From Candidatus Bathyarchaeia archaeon (GTDB lineage Archaea; Thermoproteota; Bathyarchaeia; Bathyarchaeales; Bathycorpusculaceae), in the NCBI GenBank assembly GCA_038883715.1, contig JAVZLS010000007.1:1-64000 (forward strand): a stretch of 64,000 bases of DNA, read 5' to 3'. The notes under the pieces are model-generated. The model made no database searches and had not been told where the DNA came from. It saw nothing but the letters and a program-made list of their open reading frames with translations. The stretch's first letter is position 1. The number at the start of each line of letters is the position of its first letter. Shown here piece after piece: positions 57,885-64,000 of this stretch. The position numbers were made by a program, and so were the translations under genes.

Positions 57885-58528
57885 TGCCCAACGGCAAGAA
57901 CAGCCAAACAAACCATTATTTTTCGCCTAAACCAAAGGCAAAGCCGAAATTTGGAATAATCCAAACAAGATTAAGAGGTATACCCTTCAAATTTCTAACA
58001 GCCTCAGGAGTCTTCTCAAAAAAGCGTGTAGACCTAGGCACAAGACTATTAATAGAGGCTATGATTCTCCCAGAAAACGGCTACGTTTTGGACATGGGAT
58101 GCGGCTATGGAGCCGTCGGAATAGCCGCCGCAAAACTAAACCCAAAACTCCATGTAGTCATGGTGGACATAAACGAAAGAGCCGTAAGACTGGCAAGACA
58201 AAACATAAGGCTGAACAATGTCTACAACGCCGAGGTTAAGAAGGGACACCTATACCAACCAGTCGAAGACATACACTTTAACTGCATACTATCAAACCCA
58301 CCAGTAAGCGCCGGACTAGCCACAGTGAAAGCCATAATAACAGAAGCCCCAAAACACATGGCTGAAAAGGCTACACTGCAGATGGTTGTGAAGTCTAAAA
58401 TCGGCGGAAAAAGGCTCCAACAAGTCTTTGAAGAGGCGTTTGGCAACTGCACAATACTGGCGAGGGAAAGCGGCTATCGAGTGCTAATGGCAGAGAAAAA
58501 TAAAGTCAACCAACTTATCCCCAAATAG
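57884..58528 (+). CDS. RsmC-like class I SAM methyltransferase
   Basis: GVFS..VD.GT, LDMGCGYG, SNPP. Confidence 0.88.
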   Translation: MPNGKNSQTNHYFSPKPKAKPKFGIIQTRLRGIPFKFLTASGVFSKKRVDLGTRLLIEAMILPENGYVLDMGCGYGAVGIAAAKLNPKLHVVMVDINERAVRLARQNIRLNNVYNAEVKKGHLYQPVEDIHFNCILSNPPVSAGLATVKAIITEAPKHMAEKATLQMVVKSKIGGKRLQQVFEEAFGNCTILARESGYRVLMAEKNKVNQLIPK

Positions 58529-58624
58529 AATGTTCCTCAAATATTTCTCGCTAAACCCATAGGAAACACCAGAAAAGGGATAATTATAAGGCAAATAAAT
58601 ATGCATATAATAGCGCGGAAAAGC

Positions 58625-58729
58625 GCCGGGGTCTCCTAGTCAGGTAGGGAGCAGGCCTGGAGACACGCATAAACGCCACTAAGCCTGTGGCCCATTTGGG
58701 CCGCGTGGGTTCAAATCCCACCCCCGGCG
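58625..58729 (+). tRNA. tRNA-Ser(GGA) with 19-nt intron (about 58663-58681)
   Basis: caggc-ctggag[intron]a-gcctg; long variable arm; G73. Confidence 0.88.
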
Positions 58730-58758
58730 CCTCCAACATTGTTTTTAATGAACCCCCG

Positions 58759-59946
58759 CTACTTGCGTTTTCTGAAAAGCCTTGCGCCTTCAATTTCGCA
58801 TACATATTCAAATCCCGCCTCAACCAGTTTTTGAGCTTCCTCTAAAGTCCATGCAGCTCTGCTTATGTATTCATCCTCGTTGAAGTTTACCAAGTGCGTG
58901 TAGACAAGCGTGTTCTGGATGTTTTTGTGTCCAAGCAGCTTCATTACGTGTAGAATGTCTCTTGTTTTGGCATATTCCATGGTAGCCTTCCAATGTCTTA
59001 AAGTTACGAATGTTATCTTCAGCAGTCTTGGATTCTTGAGTTTGGCAGCTAAACGTTTACGTTGTTCTTGGAACCGTTTCTGTATAGATTTAAGTTTGAC
59101 GCCTCCGAAAACCCACTGGTTTAGATGGGGAAGTGATGTTAACCGTTCCATGAGGCTTCTGGAAATTTTGAATATGCGTGGGTTGCTGCTTTTTTCAGGC
59201 GTGATTCTAACCGTGCAATTCACCGGATCAAGGTCAATCCATTGAAGCTTTACAGCCTCACCTGGTCTTATAGCGGTTTCCTTGAGCAATTGAAGGAAGG
59301 CGCCTATTTTGCGGCTGCAGCCAGCGATAAGCATGTCGATTTCGCTTTCCAAGGGTATGAAGGGCAACTTTTCAACACGTCTATATCTTGGTGGATTCCA
59401 GGTTTTTCCAAGAGTTGAAAGGAAGCTTGTGTAGGCGTCTACGGCAAATTCTTTTCGCCCTTCACTCCAAGAATCTTGTTTGGCAATCACTTCTTTGACG
59501 CTTTCAGGATCCCTGAGGTTTGCGCCGCGGTTCACCATAGTCTTCAATATTTTGCAGCGGTCCCTAATTGTTTGCTCAGAGTAGCCCTGCTTTTTCAACT
59601 GCCAGGCAAAGTTTAATATGAGGCTTTTAACGTCAGGCTTCTCTGCGGCTCCCGCGTCCCGCTTTTCGTTTTGCTTTTCCACCGTGGCCAAGGTGTGCAC
59701 CGCCCGGCCAAGGGCGGTGGAATCTCCCCATGAAGGCTCATCGTTCCCTTGGCAATTATAGTCTAAGCTGTTTGGCGGATTTAAGCTGAATGGAGGATTC
59801 TTCCATTGTTTCCGCTTTTTACGGTTTAGGTCTGAGAAGCGGTATCCACAATCCCTGCAAAGCCAACGTTGGACGCTTATTCCGTCTGCTAAATAACGGA
59901 GTCCGTCCCTGAAAAGCTTTTGAGAGCCACATTGGGGACAGTGCAT
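58759..59946 (-). CDS. Tyrosine integrase with N-terminal Zn ribbon
   Basis: CPQC...CRDC; TAIRPGE, TLRHW, LGHK, TLVY. Confidence 0.92.
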   Translation of the reverse strand: MHCPQCGSQKLFRDGLRYLADGISVQRWLCRDCGYRFSDLNRKKRKQWKNPPFSLNPPNSLDYNCQGNDEPSWGDSTALGRAVHTLATVEKQNEKRDAGAAEKPDVKSLILNFAWQLKKQGYSEQTIRDRCKILKTMVNRGANLRDPESVKEVIAKQDSWSEGRKEFAVDAYTSFLSTLGKTWNPPRYRRVEKLPFIPLESEIDMLIAGCSRKIGAFLQLLKETAIRPGEAVKLQWIDLDPVNCTVRITPEKSSNPRIFKISRSLMERLTSLPHLNQWVFGGVKLKSIQKRFQEQRKRLAAKLKNPRLLKITFVTLRHWKATMEYAKTRDILHVMKLLGHKNIQNTLVYTHLVNFNEDEYISRAAWTLEEAQKLVEAGFEYVCEIEGARLFRKRK

Positions 59947-62565
59947 TTAATCCAGGACCTCTTCATCAGGTTTTTGATGAACGTTGTGCAGCCTTTCTAA
60001 GTGTAATTGGAGGTCGTGTTCTGAAGCAAAGAATATGCGGCCTCCCTCTAAACAATAGGGGCACTCAAACCAAATTTCGCCAGTTTTAAGGTGGACTACG
60101 CTACCTTTCCGATCCATTATCCAATTCTCATCCGGCCTGTTTTCTCTTGTCCTTTCCGTTTTTACAAGCTGTTTATGGCAGTTTTGGGATAAGAAGTCAG
60201 CAAACTGCTCTGATGGCACCTTATCACTTTTTCTCTGAGGAGTGTAGAAAGGTTCGTCTCCAAAATTGGCTAAACTAAGCTCTGTTTCGGTTTTAGGCAT
60301 CGTTTCTTGTTTTATTATACTGAATTGTGTTGTGTTTTGCTCCTCTAATTTGTAAATGGTTGTTTTTTGTTTACTTTCTTGAAGGGAGCTTGTTTCAGGT
60401 TTTTCTGTGAATACACCGCTCACTACCAGTTTGTGACAGGATGATAAGATATGTTTTAGGAAGTACTCGAGCTCCTTTTGGTAAAAGGCTTTATATTCGC
60501 TTATCTTTTCAAGAAGGATCAGATTTTTAGGCTTCTCCCTATCTTGGATAGGCTGATATGAGTATGGTCGAGTAGTTTGAATTTCCTTAAGATACCCTAG
60601 GTTGGCTAAGGTTTTTAATATTCGGGCAGCCGTAATCGTGGAAACTCCTAATTTCTCTGCCAGTTTGTTTTTATCCCAATACTCTTCAGAGCTCTTCTCG
60701 ATGATTTCTACTGCCTCAGCCTGTCTTCGTTCAACTCGGCTGACGGTTTCAAGGATTGTTGGCGCCAAAATTTTAATGGCCCTTTCGAAGTCTTCAACAT
60801 CTGCAACAACATATTTAGAGCCTCCATCTAAGTCTTCGATTAACAGCCGCTGCCTCTGGTGTAAGATGGCTAATACGCGTATGAAGTTCAGTATTCTCTC
60901 TATTTGGCTTCTCAGGGCTACTTTCTGCTCCTTCTTTTGTGCGAGTCTTTCAAGCTCTAGTAGGCTTGCTGGAGGGAATAAGATAACCTCAACCTTCCAG
61001 TCTAGAAGCCTTAAGGCGTTCTGAAAATCCTTCTCAGAATAGGGCAAGTCATCATACATTTTTAATTTTTTGCGCAAGCTTTCAGGAAGCATAGCATCCC
61101 TAAGCTTTTTGGCTATCACCCTTCTGGTAAGGACGTCAGAGTGATTCAAGCTTAGCTTTAAAACCCTACGATAAAGGTCTGGGTGGACGCCAATATCCGA
61201 CTCTGTTGTCAGAAAGTTTCTGGCGTTTGTTTTGGCCCTCCCTAAGATCATCTTACCAGTTTCTTCATCCCGTATAGGATAGATGGTTTCAATAGATTCG
61301 CCTTCACCGACGCTTCTCAATCCAAGAGTTCCAGTCTTAGACTCTAAGCCTGCAATCTCATAAATGATCAGTGTTCCAGCGAACTCTTCTGGAATGTATT
61401 TTACGGCTTCGGGGGTGCTTGTAGTAAACTCGAAAAGCCACTCTGGTGGAATTAGCGGCTTAACAGCTCTAATACTCTCATTTTTACCGCTACCACTAAA
61501 ACCCGAGAGGATTCCGCTTACAGGATATTTGGTCTGCCCGCTACAAAGTATTATAAAGTTCGTTAAAAGCACGTTGTCTTCCCCGATAAGCCTTCGCCTT
61601 CCAAACTTGACAACGTAGTCAAGCAGTTTAGGGTCAACTAAAAGTTTTTCAGCCCTTTCACGCTCTATCGGAGCTAACAGTTTAACAGCATTCTTGGGCG
61701 CTAAAGGACATTTTTCACTCTTACATTGGCTCTTCAAGATTGGATCCGTGCAGCCATAAACATACTTGCCCTGAACAGCGGACTTAACGATAGCGTCAAG
61801 CTCTCTAGACGGAAGCTCCGGATTGTTTAGCTTATTCCAGCTTTTTAAAATATCTTCTCTAACAGTTTTTGGGCTATACTGCTTGAAGTTTACGAAGTAG
61901 GATGCAAGCCTAATCCCATACTCGTTGCGCAATCCCTCACTAGTACCTCTTAACAGCGCTTGAATGCATGGAGGATCCCTACCCCTATAAGGCTGTTTAG
62001 CTAAATCCTCGTTGTCAAACCAGACTCTCGCCGGCTTTTCGGTTCTAATTCCCACCTTCTCGAGGGCTTCATAGAAAATGGCTTCCAAATCCTGGACTAT
62101 GGTTGGCGAGTTATCGTTAAGCCTTCTATAGCCAGGGGAAGGAGCCATTATGCAGAGTTTGCCTTCGCCAAGAAGCTCTAAACCGCAGATGTTATGGTAT
62201 GCGTTTACACTTTTGGACTTTGTGTGGCTCAGATATATCCAGTGCCGTCCTCCGCTTGGAGTTTGCTCAATCAGCGTTATCGGAAGATGCTTCAAAACTT
62301 CCCTACCCTTTTCAACAACGTCTGATGGCAAGTTTTTAACGTCGAAGTCTATGGCGCCAATATATAGTTCATTGTAGAGTTGCTGCCCGCAGATTACTGC
62401 GAAACTGTCAGCCTCATTCCATGGCAAAGCCTCAAAAGCCAATTCATTTTGCCTTTCAGTTTGCCACCTCTGCCACTTATGAAGGGGCTCCTTGCCTCTT
62501 AGCAAAACAATGTTGCAGCCTTCAAGCCAATATTGTCTGGCAGCGGCTTTCAAGGATTCAGCCAT
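59947..62565 (-). CDS. Prim-Pol, PriCT/PriL-like domain, P-loop ATPase, wHTH replication protein
   Basis: IDFD, QTPSGGRH; PPCI..EGLRN..YGC..C..CP; GFSGSGKN; C-terminal C2H2-like motif. Confidence 0.85.
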   Translation of the reverse strand: MAESLKAAARQYWLEGCNIVLLRGKEPLHKWQRWQTERQNELAFEALPWNEADSFAVICGQQLYNELYIGAIDFDVKNLPSDVVEKGREVLKHLPITLIEQTPSGGRHWIYLSHTKSKSVNAYHNICGLELLGEGKLCIMAPSPGYRRLNDNSPTIVQDLEAIFYEALEKVGIRTEKPARVWFDNEDLAKQPYRGRDPPCIQALLRGTSEGLRNEYGIRLASYFVNFKQYSPKTVREDILKSWNKLNNPELPSRELDAIVKSAVQGKYVYGCTDPILKSQCKSEKCPLAPKNAVKLLAPIERERAEKLLVDPKLLDYVVKFGRRRLIGEDNVLLTNFIILCSGQTKYPVSGILSGFSGSGKNESIRAVKPLIPPEWLFEFTTSTPEAVKYIPEEFAGTLIIYEIAGLESKTGTLGLRSVGEGESIETIYPIRDEETGKMILGRAKTNARNFLTTESDIGVHPDLYRRVLKLSLNHSDVLTRRVIAKKLRDAMLPESLRKKLKMYDDLPYSEKDFQNALRLLDWKVEVILFPPASLLELERLAQKKEQKVALRSQIERILNFIRVLAILHQRQRLLIEDLDGGSKYVVADVEDFERAIKILAPTILETVSRVERRQAEAVEIIEKSSEEYWDKNKLAEKLGVSTITAARILKTLANLGYLKEIQTTRPYSYQPIQDREKPKNLILLEKISEYKAFYQKELEYFLKHILSSCHKLVVSGVFTEKPETSSLQESKQKTTIYKLEEQNTTQFSIIKQETMPKTETELSLANFGDEPFYTPQRKSDKVPSEQFADFLSQNCHKQLVKTERTRENRPDENWIMDRKGSVVHLKTGEIWFECPYCLEGGRIFFASEHDLQLHLERLHNVHQKPDEEVLD

Positions 62566-62728
62566 TTAAAGTGGCTCCTGATTCTGATTTCTTGGCACTC
62601 TAAGCCAATTATGCTGGTTGCTAATGCTAAGATTGCCTTTAGTCATCTATGGTGTTTCCTATTACCACTTAAGGGTGATGAGAGTTTTTGGGATATTTTC
62701 GCCATCTTTCATTTGCCAAGGTTCTCCA

Positions 62729-63151
62729 TTAGTAACTTATTTTAAGTGGTATTCGAAAGTGGGATTGCTTCCCGTTTGAGATATATTCACCGCCCGCTCC
62801 GCGGACGACATCGGCGATTTTAGCGAAGTTCTCAGAGCCCAAAAACTGGCGTGGCTTAATTATAAGGAATCCCTCTTTCTCTTCAAACGTTAGTAGTTGC
62901 CTTAAGTCTTCAGAGAATATTTCAGGTCCTGGTTTTGCCCTCTTTTGTTCTTGGGGCTTAGCCACCAGCAGGTTTGAGAGCCAGCCGTCAATTAAACCTT
63001 CAATGTGAGATTTAGCCTCTGCTAGTTCAACATCGTCATCAATTTCTGCCTTGACACTGAACTCGAGCTTCAACCATTCTTCTCTGTCTGCGGTTTTAAC
63101 AGTTTTTCCCTTCGTAACAATAACCTCAGTAATCTTACCCACATCATTCAC
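62729..63151 (-). CDS. Hypothetical element protein
   Basis: ORF in the operon, with RBS. Confidence 0.65.
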   Translation of the reverse strand: MNDVGKITEVIVTKGKTVKTADREEWLKLEFSVKAEIDDDVELAEAKSHIEGLIDGWLSNLLVAKPQEQKRAKPGPEIFSEDLRQLLTFEEKEGFLIIKPRQFLGSENFAKIADVVRGAGGEYISNGKQSHFRIPLKISY

Positions 63152-63404
63152 CCTCCGAAAGGCCCTTACTTGTAATTGGCCCCTCTTGCGGGTTTAATGG
63201 CTCATAGATGAGTCTTCCCTTTCTGTCAACTTTAACCAGAAATTTTTGGCCTTTCTCAATGTTAGCCTCAACCACGAGTCTTCTTGGTATCGTCACTATG
63301 AGTGAGTTTCTCCCTCCACTTTTGTAGGCGGTTACTATGTCAATAAATCTTTCAGCCATAGCCATCCAAGTTTTAACTATAATCACAAGGCTTATATATA
63401 TCAT
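63144..63404 (-). CDS. AbrB-like DNA-binding protein (true start probably near 63359)
   Basis: GRNSLIVTIPR, GRLIYEP. Confidence 0.75.
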   Translation of the reverse strand: MIYISLVIIVKTWMAMAERFIDIVTAYKSGGRNSLIVTIPRRLVVEANIEKGQKFLVKVDRKGRLIYEPLNPQEGPITSKGLSEGE

Positions 63405-63414
63405 TATGTAATGT

Positions 63415-63438
63415 TAGTATCATTAAAAAGTGATACTA
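63415..63438. promoter_or_regulatory. Candidate operator between the divergent AbrB and wHTH genes
   Basis: tagtatca-N8-tgatacta perfect 8-bp inverted repeat. Confidence 0.5.
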
Positions 63439-63439
63439 T

Positions 63440-64000
63440 ATGAAAATAAGACTAGGAAATATAACCCTTACGAGAAGGCAGGTTGATGTGCTTATATACC
63501 TGGCTAAAAATGGAAAGGCTAACATATATAACATAATGAAGGGCGCAGGTTTAACTTACTCAACGGTTCATAAATCAGTTAAACAGTTAAGTGAACTATA
63601 TCTCATAAGGCAAACTGCGGAGGTCAAAAATGAGAAGGGTGTAACGGCAAAAGTTTATGAAATTACCACAAGTGGCTTAGTAGCAGCTTTAGCTTCAGGA
63701 AAAATTTGGAAAGAAGCTGAACAAGTAATAAGCCTATGGAGTAAAAAGGCTCCACTAACCATGAAGAAGTGGAAACACTTCACAGAGTATGGGCTTGGAG
63801 AAGCAATCAAGCAAATTATAACTCGAATTGCAAATGAAACCCTCGGCAGAATAGTGATTGGAGGGAAAAGCGAGCCAGCCGACATGCTTTTCGCCAAAAT
63901 CTTCGATGACTTTTTCTTTGATGTTGTAATTGAAATGCCTAAGGGCTATGGAAAAGAGCTCTGTAGAGCAGTATGGTCAGACCCAGAACTTAAAACCTGG
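63440..64000 (+). CDS. Winged-helix regulator, 3'-partial
   Basis: NIYNIMKGAGLTYSTVHKSVKQL HTH; YEITTSG wing; open to the window end. Confidence 0.75.
   Translation, partial: MKIRLGNITLTRRQVDVLIYLAKNGKANIYNIMKGAGLTYSTVHKSVKQLSELYLIRQTAEVKNEKGVTAKVYEITTSGLVAALASGKIWKEAEQVISLWSKKAPLTMKKWKHFTEYGLGEAIKQIITRIANETLGRIVIGGKSEPADMLFAKIFDDFFFDVVIEMPKGYGKELCRAVWSDPELKTW

Larger units (their letters stand above)
58730..64000. mobile_element. Second integrated primase-helicase element at tRNA-Ser(GGA), continuing beyond the window
   Basis: Integrase ends 29 bp from the tRNA 3' end; same gene types as the first element; second att not in the window. Confidence 0.8.

Noticed and set aside
58584-58823. 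ORF containing GVGFEPT as a split-integrase fragment
   Set aside because: It is the antisense reading of tRNA-Ser and lies downstream of an integrase that is already complete
1-64000. CRISPR array or rRNA genes
   Set aside because: No regularly spaced identical repeats and no rRNA-like sequence seen

Overview
Archaeal chromosome segment, most likely from a thermophilic Bathyarchaeia-type genome. This is inferred from gene content: rpl14e, TIP49, cbf5, trmY, reverse gyrase, a Fae domain and intron-containing tRNAs. Most of the window is housekeeping and transport genes plus six tRNAs. Five features stand out. (1) A candidate prenylated-peptide (ComQ/ComX-like) locus at about 5.5-11 kb: an unannotated 18-aa ORF ending in Gly-Trp-Trp with a strong RBS lies next to a polyprenyl-synthase homolog that has lost its IPP-binding motifs, a geranylgeranyl-reductase homolog, an MFS transporter, two PadR regulators and a SPASM radical SAM enzyme. 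(2) A complete 7.8-kb primase-helicase element is integrated in tRNA-Leu(TAG), and its integrase is split by the att site (SSV1-like). (3) A second, related element starts at tRNA-Ser(GGA) and runs off the window. (4) cbf5 is interrupted by a 21-nt bulge-helix-bulge mRNA intron in the catalytic Asp codon. (5) There is a DapA-Fae fusion protein, and a dispersed modular palindromic repeat family with a fixed 15-nt spacer. All calls come from reading the sequence by eye; no database searches were run.
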